A model generated the notes under the pieces. That model ran no database searches and was not told where the DNA came from. It saw nothing but the letters and a program-made list of their open reading frames with translations. Below, in pieces: positions 1 through 13,554 of a stretch of 64,000 nucleotides of DNA. This DNA comes from Octopus sinensis (Eukaryota). The stretch is taken from positions 1 to 64,000 of the forward strand of contig NW_021834485.1 in the NCBI RefSeq assembly GCF_006345805.1, given 5' to 3'. Positions within the stretch are counted from its first letter, which is position 1, and each line of letters begins with the position of its first letter. A program made the translations under genes and the position numbers.

Positions 1-29
<29 letters not shown>

Positions 30-32
<3 letters not shown>

Positions 33-255
33 TATATATAGTTAATCCAACAAGAAAAAACAAAAAAACCCCAAAAAAAACACAACAACGTGAGGACGTG
101 GAACAAATAAAGTATTGTTGGACGCTCAGGAAAGAAGGGTAGAAGGAGGGTTTAACGTTTCGAGCGGAGCTCTTCGTCGGAAACATAGGAGAAGGGAAGA
201 TCCCGAGAAGGGAAGACAGAGGAAAAAAAATCGGCAGCGGTACTCACGAGGACAT
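30..255 (-). mobile_element. PLE-type terminal fragment with hammerhead motif, flanked by (TA)n
   Basis: Inverted near-copy of 26145-26360; contains the hammerhead motif at 150-184; (TA)n on both sides. Confidence 0.7.
150..184 (-). ncRNA. Minimal type I hammerhead ribozyme motif (CCGACGA core variant)
   Basis: Minus strand reads GTTT-CCGACGA-A-GAGC(tcc)GCTC-GAAACGTT-AAAC: stem I GTTT/AAAC, stem II GAGC/GCTC, palindromic ACGT in place of a stem III loop. Confidence 0.65.
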
Positions 256-639
256 ATATATATATATAAATGTATGTGTGTATGTATGGATATGTATATA
301 TATATGCATGTATATGTATGTATGTGTGTGTGTGTATGTATATGTGCAAATATTTATATTCATGTAAGCTGTGTATGTATGTGTGATTGTTAGGAAGAGA
401 ATATTTATATGGCGGAGAGTTTTGTATGAATGCTAGTAAGTGGATAAGTATATCTACCCTGGTTATAATACAGATTGTGTCCATGCATATGAAAGTGAGC
501 TCACCTATGTATGTGTGTGTGTTATATGTGTGCGTACACATGTACGTGTCTAGGATATAATATGAATTCACGTGAAGATGCTTGAGTCTATGAATACAGG
601 TTGTATAAGATTGTATATGCATGAAAGAGACAGAATATA

Positions 640-1023
640 CAAAAACGTGAACACAAGGAATACAGGTGGAACATCCCCTGCAAGACGTCTGTCTAGTCTA
701 AACATATCAGGCCGGATATGTTGCTACGAGCAGATGAGAAAAAATGTGTAACATAATAGAGGTCTGCTGCATCTTTGAAAATCAAGGAGGATAACTATCG
801 ACAACTGCTTCGAGACCTCATGGATCTCTATGTATCAAGATTATGAATTCACATTTGTAGCAAGGACGAATGGTTCACTTGTTTTTGTGAGTAAGTTCCT
901 CTGTGACAATCTGGGAAAGATAGGGTCTACAGAAAAAGAAATCAACCAACTTGCACATTACAGATACAATCTGTAAGCGGAACAGTGAAAATGTGCAAGA
1001 CTTTTCTAAAATTTAGCATATGA
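640..1023 (+). pseudogene. 3' fragment of an RLE-endonuclease non-LTR retrotransposon (R2/R4/Dong-like), frameshifted
   Basis: Manual translation across frameshifts: WNIPCKTS..KHIRPDML..IIEVCC..NYRQLLRDLMDLY..YEFTF..GSLVFV..NLGKIG..LQIQSVSGTVKMCKTFLKF*. This matches the PD..(D/E)xK restriction-like endonuclease C-terminus pattern. Confidence 0.7.
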
Positions 1024-1139
1024 CATCATTGTTAGTATATGTTAGTATATGTTAGTATATGTATCATTGTTAGAAACCAGCTCCTTCTTCGGAGAAAAAC
1101 AAACTGAAATAATTAGAACCAGAAGAGAACATACGTACA

Positions 1140-1514
1140 TATGCACATACACACACACAACACACACAGACAACACACACACACACACACACACACACAG
1201 ATAAAACACACGCAGTCAAACACACACACACACATACACACGAACACACACACATACACACGAACGCACACACACACACAAAACACATAGATGCACTCAC
1301 ACACACACACGCACACACACACATACACACACACAGATAAAACACACACAGACAAAACACACACAACACACACACATCCACATACACACACACGCACGCA
1401 CACACACACACACAGATAAAACACGCACAGACAAAACACACACTCAACACGCACACATCCACATACACACGCACGCACACACACACAAAACACACAGATG
1501 CACTCACACACACA

Positions 1515-1550
<36 letters not shown>
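1140..1550. repeat. Compound (CA)n microsatellite with internal cagataaaa(ca)n repeats
   Basis: Directly visible. Confidence 0.95.
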
Positions 1551-1551
<1 letters not shown>

Positions 1552-2334
1552 TCAAGCACTTACAAAGAATGAGTGAGAAGATGGAGGGCAAAATAAAGAA
1601 GGGTAAAAATGAAGGAAATTAGAAAGAACGAAAACTAAAAACATTGAAAACGTCTTTCAAAAGGAAGGAAAACATTTTACGGAGAAGAGAAGGAAAAGAA
1701 CGACAGAAGAATGAAAGAACAACGAAGAATATGGAGAAAATCAGGTGAAATGAAAGAGAATGGAATGAAAAGAACAAAGGAACGAAGGAACGAAGGAATG
1801 AACGAGTGAATGAAGGGAAGCTAATTCTTCGCTTTGATAATGTTGTGTGGCTTTGTTTCGAAGTTACGCTGCCCATAATGACCGGAAGTGGACGTCACCT
1901 CTGTGCCACTTTCTGATTCCTGTAATTTCGTGTCAACAAAGATGTCACACAAGGTTATTAGGGGCTAAAAACTAGCGGCTCCATTCACATCGACTTCACT
2001 CTTTCTCCCCTTCTATCTTTCTCCCCCTTCTCTCTCTCTCTCGCTCTCTCCGACTATCTCTCTGTATGTATATTCATTTATGTGTATGTATGTGTGTGTG
2101 TGCGTGTGGTGCTATTAAGTTAGACATGGCCTGGGCCAATAATGGCCGAAACCTATCAAAGTATCAAAGTATATATATATATATAAAGTTAATCCAAACA
2201 AGAAAACAAAAAGACAACAACGCGAGGTTGTGGAACAAATATATATATATCTACATATATATGTATGTATGTATATATACATATATGTATGTATTGTATG
2301 TATGTATGTATATATATATATATGTGTGTGTGTG

Positions 2335-2366
<32 letters not shown>

Positions 2367-2381
2367 TGTATGTATATACAT

Positions 2382-2441
<60 letters not shown>

Positions 2442-3104
2442 TATATATGTATGTATATATTATATATATATGTATGCATATATATATATATCTATGTATG
2501 CATATATATATATATATATATATACAGAGAGAGGGGGGAAAGGGCGCACGAGAGAGAGTGTGTGTCGGGCACTAAGGGAGAAAACTTATAGAGAATACGT
2601 GTCTATATATCTTTATAAACACACATATATATATATACACACGCTCACACACACATACGCACAAACGAATACATGTGCGCACGCACGTGCTCACGCGCGC
2701 ACAGAAGCAAACGACACGACCAGAAAATCATACCTAAAGCTTGATGGTTAATGATTGCTCCCGTGTTCTAACTCGTCCCACAATAAATTTGTTCCATACT
2801 CATGAATTGACCAACGTCTAATCGACAGAAAGAAAAGAAAAACATCAGCCCTCGGGCCGCAGTTGTATACTAATAACGCCACACTGCCCATAAACTTCAC
2901 GGATGTCAGTAGTATGGATTTCTATCTATCTAAAACTTTACGGGGATTATTTTAATAAATCACAAGTTTTGTGTCTTGTAGAATTAGGGGTGAGGGTTTA
3001 TCGTTCCTTAAAATTTTCAGCTGGGCTATATTTTCTGCATTTGGGCTTATCTCCCTGCAAGTCTTCTGTTTGTCTGCAAAGGAGGAGAAGTACATTCCAT
3101 AGGC

Positions 3105-3350
3105 ACCGTTTGTTTTTACTTGTTTCAGTCATGAGATTGCGGCCGTGCTGGAGCACAGCCTTGATGAATTTTAGTCGAAAGAATCGATCCCAGTATCTAA
3201 GTTGTCGTTGCTATTTTTTAAGCCCGGCTCTTATTTGTACTGGTGTTTTTGCCCAAATATTAAGTTACGGGGATGTAAACAAACCAACACCTGTTCTCAA
3301 GTGGTGTAACGGGCGAAATATACAGACACAAAGACACGTGCCCACATACA
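3105..3350 (-). mobile_element. SINE family B, 3' part
   Basis: Matches the tail of full copies (tgtttcagtcat...gccgtgctggagcac...gttacggggatgtaaac). Confidence 0.75.
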
Positions 3351-3505
3351 CACTCATACATATATGACGCGATTCTTTGAGGTTCCGTCTATCAAATTCA
3401 CGTTGGCTGGTCCGGACCTATAATAGAAGAGACACGTAAACTGAAAGTACGTCGTATATATACTATACATCCATATATTATATATATATATAATATATAT
3501 ATTAT

Positions 3506-3539
<34 letters not shown>

Positions 3540-3558
3540 CATATGTATATATACATAT

Positions 3559-3589
<31 letters not shown>

Positions 3590-3796
3590 TTATATATCAA
3601 ATGAAAAACAGGACACAAAGGATGTCGCGGTACACATGTTGAGCTTTATAAAACAACTTATTCTTACATCAATGCATCCTTTGTGTCCTGTTTTTCATTT
3701 TATTTCATTTGATACATATAACTTTCTCACCTCTGCTACTAGCTGGCATATAAAGGTGCTTATATTTATCAAGTATTCACCTGAATATAATATTAT

Positions 3797-3842
<46 letters not shown>

Positions 3843-4017
3843 GGAGTAAACACATAAATGTGAAACAAGGTGGAAAAAAGAGTACTCAAATACCAGTGGT
3901 AGAGTAATATGCTTTATATAATATATATATTATATGCCAAAATACTTTTGATTATATCTGGAGTGTTAGCGGATGTTCTATATACGCCGCGCGTGTTTTA
4001 TAATAATTATGTGTGGG

Positions 4018-4019
<2 letters not shown>

Positions 4020-4056
<37 letters not shown>

Positions 4057-4135
4057 CGATAGATATATAGATAGATAGAAGATAGATAGATAGATATAGG
4101 AAGATAGATAGATCTAGATAGATAGATAGAAGATA

Positions 4136-4169
<34 letters not shown>

Positions 4170-4174
4170 GAGTT

Positions 4175-4212
<38 letters not shown>
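4020..4212. repeat. (GATA)n plus (GA)n microsatellite
   Basis: Directly visible. Confidence 0.95.
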
Positions 4213-4215
<3 letters not shown>

Positions 4216-4598
4216 CTTCAGTGACAAATCCTTAATCGTCAAAATGGCAGCAGAAATAACAGAAAGGAAAGACAGACATACGAACAGACAGACAGAGAGG
4301 GACAGGCAGTCAATCAGATTGAAGAGAAATTACAGAGACAGAGAGGGTGAGAGCAGGAATGTGAGTGAGTGAAAAGCATGCAGCCATACCGACAGACAAT
4401 AAGACATGCTGACAAACAGACAGGCAGACAGACAGAGAGGCAGTGAAAGCTAAGTGAGGTAAAGTTTATTTATGTAAGATTTATTGAGGGGTGTAAATGG
4501 GAGAGGGATGAGTGGGGGCAACGAGTGTTGAGAGGAGGTGTAGAGGGAGATAAGAAACTCCATAGCGTTGTGATCAGATAGTAGCGGGTTCGCTCCCT

Positions 4599-4634
<36 letters not shown>

Positions 4635-4997
4635 TCTCTCTCTCGCTCTATCCATCTATCTTTCTCTCGCTCCTCCACTCTAAGCTGTTATCTTCTCAGA
4701 TGTCTGCAAATGGTTGACAGATAACAGACTGACGTTAAATCGGAACTCAGGTAGCCACCATGTTGGAAAGGGAAATTTGACCTCTGTTGCTACTTCACAC
4801 ACACACACACACGCACACACACACACTCACACAGACATACACACACACACCACTCTCTCTTTCATTCATTCTTTCTCTCTCTCACTCTCTTTCTTTCTAT
4901 GAATATATCAATCTTCCTACCTATCTAAATATCTACTTATCCTCTTACCTCTCTCTCTCTCTATGTATATATATATTGATTTGTCTCTGTCTGTCAC

Positions 4998-5059
<62 letters not shown>

Positions 5060-5109
5060 GGTCTATCTATCAATGGGTCTGTCTATCTATCTATCTATCA
5101 ATGGGTCTG

Positions 5110-5158
<49 letters not shown>

Positions 5159-5201
5159 ATATAATATATTATATATTATATATAATATATATATATATAT
5201 G

Positions 5202-5243
<42 letters not shown>

Positions 5244-5474
5244 TATGTTATATATATATTCATCTATCTGTCTTTCTGTCTCTGTCTCTGTCTCTGTATT
5301 TCAGTATATCTAACTTCCTCATTTTTTCTGTCAATATATGCATTCCTTGTACGTCCATGTGTGTGTGTATGTGTATGTGTGTGCGTGTGTGTATCTATGT
5401 ACAACTAATCGCTTTGTAGGTGCTAAGCCAATGGTCAAGCTCGGACCGGCCATAACAAACAACCTTCGAAATAT

Positions 5475-5817
5475 ATTCTTTTCTACTCTAGGCACAAGGC
5501 TCGAAAATTTGGAGGAAGGGGCCAGTCGAGTAGATTGATCCCAGTACGCAACCTCGGAGGAATTTGAACTCAGAACGTAAAGACAGACGAAATACCTATT
5601 TCTTTATTACCCACAAGGGGCTAAACATAGAGGGGACAAACAAGGACAGTCGATTACATTGACCCCAGTGCGTAACTGGTACTTAATTTATCGACCCCGA
5701 AAGGATGAAAGTCAAAGTCGACCTCGGAGGAATTTGAACTCAGAACGTAAAGACAGACGAAATACCGCTAAACATTTCGCTCGGCGTAACAAACGTTTCT
5801 GACAGCTCGTCGCCTTA
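5475..5817 (-). mobile_element. SINE family A, partial dimer
   Basis: tRNA-like head (A box TGGCAGAA-like, B box GAGTTCAAATTCC), shared central domain, internal junction gaaatacctatttc at 5589-5602. Confidence 0.85.
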
Positions 5818-6030
5818 ACTTTCTAGATGTATTACTGATCCAGTGTTTTAGAGCGCGCTTATTTTTCAGATATATGAACCACTGACGATACATACTTGTC
5901 TAGATATACAAGTTTAAGAATGAGAAGGCATACATAAAGTAAAACATACAAATCTGTAGGTATACATACATACAAGCATACATACACACAAACATGCATA
6001 CATACATACATACATACATACATACATACA

Positions 6031-6061
<31 letters not shown>

Positions 6062-6397
6062 TTGTCTAAGAGACATTCGCAATCTATGATATTACTTTGT
6101 CATTTAAGGAAGAATAGAAAGAGTAAAGGTATTACGTTTCGGATAAAGTTCTTTTTCATATATCATAGGAAAGTTCATGAGAAACTCAGAAGAGATGAGA
6201 GGTGATTAAAAAAAAAAGAAACAGAAAAACAACGTATGTGTGTTCCGTCATGTTTGTGTGTGTGTGTGTGTGTGTGGTGTATAAGTATATGTGTAGGCTT
6301 CTTGCAGTTTCCGTCTTCCAAATTACTTCATTAAGTGTGTATTGTTTAACCCCTGTCAAAAACAAAAGACACTCGGACGTGGTTGAGTAGCGAATCC

Positions 6398-6548
6398 TAT
6401 TTCTTTATTACCCACAAGGGGCTAAACATAGAGGGGACAAACAAGGACAGACATAGGTATTAAGTCGATTACATCGACCCCAGTGCGTAAGTGGTACTTA
6501 ATTTATCGAACCCGAAAGGATGAAAGGTAAAGTCGACCTCGGCGGAAT
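6398..6548 (-). mobile_element. 5'-truncated SINE A with 15-bp direct repeat (TSD)
   Basis: TTGAGTAGCGAATCC at 6383-6397 and 6549-6563. Confidence 0.85.
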
Positions 6549-7628
6549 TTGAGTAGCGAATCCGTTACCCAGGCAGTTATGCCTACTTTAGTAGTTTCTA
6601 AAGGAAAAAGACAATAGTTACGGTAGAAGAAGAAGAAGAAGAAGAAGAAGAAGAGGAGGAGGAGGAGGAGGAGGAGGAGGAGTAAGGAGGAGGAGGAAAG
6701 AAGAAGAAGAAGAAGAAGAAGAAGAAGAAGAAACATTCAGCTACAGTGAAGAGTCAAAAATGACAAGAAAGACACGAGAAATTGGGAAAATTTCAAAGAA
6801 ACTCATTTTTTCTATTTTTCGACGACCACTTGTTTATTTATGTTTTATTTTTGGCTTTTTAAAGTTTTTTTTTAATCTTTTCTTTTCTTCATATTTTCTG
6901 TTTTCTACATTTATTTGCTTTTTTTTTATTAGTATGTTTTTTTTTTATAGCTATTTTTATTTTCGGCCGATCTTTCTTTCTCTTTGTGTCTTTAGCGTGT
7001 GTTTGAAACTGGATTATTCAAATAAACAGGCTTTCACTTCCCAAAATAGTGATCAAACAAAGAAATTGGTAACAACCGATCGATACACGTTCGATCGATG
7101 CTTTAGTTTATATTTCTTTTCTTGATGTCTTGTCTTTTTTCTTCTCCCTTTTAAGTCGGTGCCTTAAGACAAGAACGGTCTGAGAGAGTGACAGAAGATC
7201 TCGGCAACTTCCATTTATTTGGTTTTCTCGTTTTTTCTTTGTCAACTTATCTCTCGTTACATATGTGTGTATGTGTGTATCTGTGTGTGTTTGTATATGT
7301 GTGTGTGTCGATATGTATGTATGTGTGTATGTGTATACACGCACACACATATACATATATAACAGATATATGTATGCGCATGTGTGTAATGGGTAACAAC
7401 ATCACGCCGGTGCGAAAAGCACGGAATATTGTGTGTGCGTATGTATGTGTGTGCGTTTGTGTGTGTGTGTTGTGTGTGTGTGCGTGTGTGTGTGGGGGGT
7501 GTAGTGCGATAGACAGATAGATAGTTAGATAGATGGATAGATAGACATACAGATAAATAGATAGATAGATAGATAAATAGACAGACAGACAGACAGACAG
7601 ACAGATAGACAGACAGACAGACAGATGT

Positions 7629-7669
<41 letters not shown>

Positions 7670-7670
7670 C

Positions 7671-7740
<70 letters not shown>

Positions 7741-7928
7741 GTACATCTATATATAATATATATATATGCATGTCTGTGTGTATGTCTGTATGCATGTGTT
7801 CGTGCGTGTGTGTGTACGTGAGCGTGCCACCTTAGTTGTTCATTATCTACCTACATGACTGGATATCGATTAACTTCTATGCATGTCTTTTTACATACAT
7901 TTAAGTTACCAATCTACCAAGCTAGTTG

Positions 7929-7960
<32 letters not shown>

Positions 7961-8334
7961 CCTATCTACCTATCTATCTACCTATCTATCTATCTATCTA
8001 TCTGACCGAGGTTACCGTGGTCTTTTCCGTAGGCTTTTCTTTCCACGGTAAACCTCACCTGTCCTCCCCTTTACACTTCAATATTGACTTTCTGTGATAA
8101 CGATCCCTATTGATCAATTTTTTTCCTCTCCCCTTTTTTGTCCTCTTTCTCTCCTTTTACGATCCCTTTTGATCGAAACTCCCCCTTCCTTTTTTTTTTT
8201 TTTTTTTAAACCTTCAAAAGAAAGCTCTACCTTGTAATTTGTTCTATCTGTGTGCAGCCCTGTGTGGCTAATAAGAAACATATCTATCTATCTATCTACC
8301 TCTCTACCTATCTATCTATCTTTCTATCTATCTA

Positions 8335-8365
<31 letters not shown>

Positions 8366-8456
8366 TACCAGCCTAGGGAAGTCTGCTACATTAAAGGAAA
8401 ATACATAATTTATTAAAATCCCTTTTTCAAAGTAAAATTAATAATTAATACTTTAA

Positions 8457-8671
8457 CCTTTTAGTATTCAAATTGGCCATATCAGGCTCAAATATTTTAC
8501 ATACTTTATGTTCAAACTGACCAGATCAGGCATCTTGCACCTACTGTACAATGTCATTCTAAAAATCAACGATCACATCATTGAAATCTCAAAACTACAA
8601 GATATTGTATGATAAAGTCGAAAGAATATGAATAAATAAGCATTATATTATATAATCTGAATACTAAAGGA
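8457..8671. mobile_element. piggyBac-type MITE
   Basis: TTAA at 8453-8456 and 8672-8675; terminal inverted repeats ccttttagtattca / tgaatactaaagga. Confidence 0.7.
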
Positions 8672-8874
8672 TTAAATTGACTTTGTCCTATTAAATGACT
8701 TTGTCCTATTAAATACTCCAAGAACTTTACTGTACTGTTGGAGGTTGAATTATGAATAAGAAAATTAACTATTAGAAAATTACAATTTAAGGGTACGGAA
8801 ATGAATCCAACGATTCCTAGGGAGTTAGAATTTAACAAAGGTGAGCGGATCACTACCGTCAAAGACTTGACAAT

Positions 8875-9477
8875 ATTCTTTTCTACTCTAGGAATGAGGC
8901 CCAAAATTTTGGGGAAGTGGGGGCAGTCGATTAAATTGACCCCAGTAAGCAATTGATACTTAATTTATCGATCCCGAAAGAATGAAAGGCAAAGCCGAAC
9001 TCGGCGGAATTTGAACTCAGAACGTAAAGACAGGCGAAATACCGCTACACATTTCGCCCAGCATACGTTTCTTATTTCTTTATTGCCCACAAGGGGCTAA
9101 ATATAAAGGGGACAAACAAGGACAAACAAAGCGGCTGAGTCGATTACATCGACCCCAGTGCGTAACTGGTACTTAATTTATCGACCCCGAAAGGATGAAA
9201 GGCAAAGTCGACCTCGGCGGAATTTGAACTCAGATGAAATACCTATTTCTTTACTACCCACAAGGGGCTAAAACACAGAGAGGACAAACAAGGACAGACA
9301 AACGGATTAAGTCGATTACATCGACCCCAGTGGGTAACTGGTACTTTATTTATCGACCCCGAAAGGATGAAAGGCAAAGTCGATCTCGGCGAAATTTGAA
9401 CTCAGAACGTAACGGCAGACGAAATACGGCTACGCATTTCGGCCGGCGCGCTAACGGTTCTGCCAGCTCGCCGCCAT
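8875..9477 (-). mobile_element. SINE family A, tandem trimer
   Basis: Three central domains in tandem; head at the right end. Confidence 0.85.
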
Positions 9478-9485
9478 AAGACCTG

Positions 9486-9885
9486 TTGGCAGAATCGTTA
9501 GCACGTGGTTCAAAATGCTTTCGTTCGTCTTTACGTTCTAAGTTCAAATTTCGCCGTGGTCGACTCTCCTTTTCCTATTTTCACGGTCGATAAAATAAGG
9601 ACTAGTTGGAAATTAGGTCGATCTCATTGACTAACTCCAACACCAACCCACCCAAATTGCTGTTCTTGAAACCGTTATTAACACCAATTTAAGGCGGTGA
9701 GCTGGCAGAATGGTTAGCACCCCGGGCAAAATACTTTGCGGCATATCGTCCGTCATTACATTCTGAGTTCAAATTCAGCCGAAGTCAAGTTTTCAAGGTC
9801 GATAAAATAAATACCAGTTGAGCATCCACTAGCCCCTCCTCAAAAATTGCTGGCCTTGTACCCCATATTTTGTAACCAATATTAT
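9486..9885 (+). mobile_element. Two older SINE A copies, head-to-head with the trimer
   Basis: tggcagaatcgttagcac and aggcggtgagctggcagaatggttagcac heads; diverged central domains. Confidence 0.7.
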
Positions 9886-10783
9886 TTGCCATCTAGTGTC
9901 ATCAAAAACTCTGTCTTTAAATTAATTTCCATCACGGCCATCACAAATATTTTATAGGTATCCGTTTACAACATCGAAACCTGCAAGCAGTTGAAGAGGG
10001 GAGTCGTTTGTTTAAAGTAACAGCAGGCTTTGGTTTCTACAACAGAATATATGAAATTAACTCAAGAGGGAGGTGTCTAGTGTTTCTAACAGCCTATAAG
10101 ATAGGGTTGATATTATTTTTTTTCGATAACAACATTATGATATGTGCTTTGTCAATCAAGTCTTTATTCTCGGTACACAACAATGTTTACGATATCTAAT
10201 TGTCTATTTACTATTTACGATATTTTTTTGACGTTATTAATCCAGCCCTGTCTCTTTGAAGTCTAAATATTACTTTCTGATTATCAAAACAGCTGTTGAG
10301 TGCAGTTAACTCTAACAGACGGTTGCTTACTCAAAACTGTGTAATGGAATTTCGTGGATAAAATATATAATCGATATACTTATTGGTAGGTTTTAATAGT
10401 TTAGTAATCGATAAAAATATCAATACTGAAATCAACATTGAATGGATTGCTGTTACGGAAGTAGCGTCGGTCACCAATTCATGTGACAAGGCAAGAATTC
10501 AAGGAGAGCGTGATGTTTTTATTTTTCATTTTGTTTTTTAAGGATTTTTTTCTCTTTATAATTTATAATTTTGTTTGAATTTTTGTGACCAACACAAACC
10601 TACCAGAACGCACACACGCAAGAACACGCACTCACACACACATACATGCAGACATACACTTACTAAGAGAACCAAATACACCGCGCACACAGGCGTCCGC
10701 ATTCACGCACACATACACATACACACATACATACATCCACAAACACCAGAATACACACATGCAAAAATGCACATGCATATATA

Positions 10784-11183
10784 GGCGCAGGAGTAGCTGT
10801 GTAGTAAGTAGCTTGCTTACTAACCACGTGGTTCCGGGTTCAGTCCCACTGCGTGGCACATTGGGTAAGTATCTTCTACTGTAGCCACGGGCCGACCAAA
10901 GCCTTGTGAGTGGATTTGGTAGACGGAAACGGTATATATGTATATGTATATATATATGTATATGTGTTTGTGTGTCTGTGTTTATGTCCCCCCCCCAACA
11001 TCGCTTGACAACCGATACTGGTGTGTTTACGTCCCCGTAACTTAACGGTTCGGCAAAAGAAACCGATACAATAAGTACTATGATTACAAAGAATAAGTCC
11101 TGGGGTCAATTTGCTCAACTAAAGGCGGTGCTCCAGCATGGCTGCAGTCAAATGACTGGAACAAGTAAAGGAGTAAAAAAGTA
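10784..11183 (+). mobile_element. SINE family B, full length
   Basis: tRNA-like head ggcgcaggagtagctgtgtagtaag...ggttccgggttcagtccc, internal (TA/TG) microsatellite, tail ending aacaagtaaaggagtaaa. Confidence 0.85.
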
Positions 11184-11410
11184 ACGTAGATGATTGATTG
11201 CTTTGTTGTTTAAATATCTAACCAACTGATGAATAATGAAGACGTGAAATTGAACCGGCGTTTGTGTTTGCTATTGGCATAATGACCGTCCCGTAATAAA
11301 ACTGTGTGTGTATGTGTACACACACATATACGTACATACATTCATATAAATATATACATATATATACATACACATTCTTACAAATATATATACTTACATA
11401 TATGCATGTA

Positions 11411-11453
<43 letters not shown>

Positions 11454-11913
11454 CTGTAAATGCTGAAATTGATACATGCACAAATGTAGATATATAAATG
11501 CGCACACACCCATGTATATTGGCTTGGATGAAGTGTGGGATAGTCTCGTCTGGTGTTGTATGGTACGGTACAGAAAAATGTGTGGTGGAGGTAGGGGTCG
11601 CGACTGCTAGAATCGAACGTGGAACCGGAGATTATCGGTAAACAAGTTTAGTGAAATGTCAGCCTATTCCATTACAAATGCACACACATACTCTCTCTCT
11701 CCCACACACATACATATATACATACATACATACATACATACATACATACATACATACATGTGAATACGTGTATATATGTGTGTGTGTGTATGAATGGGTG
11801 TATGTATGTTTACTCTCGTATACAATTATGTATATACATATATATATATATTACATATATACATATATACATACATACACCACACCCACACATATATATA
11901 TATATATATATAC

Positions 11914-11947
<34 letters not shown>

Positions 11948-12060
11948 CTATATATATATACTACATATGTATATATATATATATCTATATATATAGATAT
12001 ACATTCTTTATTGTAATGCTGGTAGCAGCCCACACCACCCATTCACTCCCTAAGCACTAG

Positions 12061-12108
<48 letters not shown>

Positions 12109-12550
12109 CGCTCGCTCCCTCTCTCTATTCCCTTATCTCTCTCCCCTTCTCCTCAAAGGCATCGTGTGACATTAAGATAGGCGGTTCTGGGCCAAAAGCA
12201 GTTCCCTCCACATCTTTCTACTAAATAAACACACATACGCAACACTATCGCCTCGACCACTACAAGCATTACTACTACCGCTGCTGTTACAAACCTCACC
12301 ATCATCACCAGCATCACTAACATCACCGCCAAGGACATTCTCACGCACATTGTGGCCACCACCAAAATGCATTGGTTCTGCACATTGGAATCTATTTGCC
12401 GAAGGGCGGATACCTTTCTTGCTTCTCCCAGCTGATGAAATACAGGAACCTGTTGGAAGGAGATCTGCCGCAATGGTAAGAAATATAGAGTTTTTAATTT
12501 GACCGTTTCTTTAACATGTACGTGATCACAAATGAAAATAAGAAATTCAA

Positions 12551-12581
<31 letters not shown>

Positions 12582-13070
12582 GCCCTGATGCAGTACCAGG
12601 CAGTGGTTCTCATGGCTTCTGATCTTAACTGATTGAAAGTGTTATCATATACATTGTATTATCTTGGTATAAAAGATGGTCTACAACAAATATTCTGCTC
12701 AATACCACAGATTTGCTTGTCATCTGTTTGACCTTAACCAGTTGAGCATGTCCCTCAGTGGCTGACGATATGTTCATCTCTGATCACGAGCAGAAGTAGA
12801 GGGGGAGCATCATAGCCATGTGTTGAGAGGGATTCTTTGGAGTTTGAATAATTCACCTCTGGAAACATGGGTGTTTCGTTCAACATTCTTAAACAACCCT
12901 TATTCAGGGATCGTTTGAACGGGATGGGCTACTCGACCAGAAGAAAACTCTAACTGGGCCCCACCTGCAAGGTCATGTGCTGTTTATCTTGATATGAGAT
13001 CACCATGTCGCGCACATATGGTTGTGATGCATGTGCCTAGTGTACCCTTATCAGGCGGGTACGTATATTT
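12551..13070 (-). mobile_element. Probable non-LTR retroelement 3' tail ending in (TTA)n
   Basis: Complex ~500-bp sequence ending in a (TAA)n tract on the plus strand; resembles, from memory, a high-copy octopus repeat. Only one copy in the window. Confidence 0.45.
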
Positions 13071-13112
13071 TATCTCAGTGTCACTTTCATGGCATGCACT
13101 GTTTTCTTACTC

Positions 13113-13164
<52 letters not shown>

Positions 13165-13187
13165 TAATAATAACAATAATAATAATA

Positions 13188-13240
<53 letters not shown>

Positions 13241-13554
13241 TAAAACTGGTACTCCGTCGGTCATGACGACGAGGGTTCCAGCTGATCCGATCACTGGAAC
13301 AACCTGCTCGTGAAATAACGTGCAAGTGGTTGAGCACTCTACAGACACATGTACCAGGGAGATTCAGCGTGACACAGAATGTGACAAGGCTGGTCCTTTT
13401 GAAACACATGTACAACTTAATTTTGCCAGCGGAATGGACTGGACTAACGTGAAATAAAGTATCTTGCTCAAGGATATAACGTGTTGCCAGGAATCGAACT
13501 CACGACTTTACGATTGTGAGATGAATACGCCAAACCCTTCAGCCACGCGCCTTC
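13113..13554 (-). mobile_element. SINE family D with (TTA)n tail
   Basis: Head gaaggcgcgtggctgaagggtttggcg...gagttcgattcctgg; CORE-like ccttgagcaagatactttatttcacg; tail merges into (TAA)n at 13113-13238. Confidence 0.75.

Noticed and set aside
2120-2160. GGCC-aataat-GGCC-GAAAC half hammerhead
   Set aside because: No CUGANGA core and no GUH.
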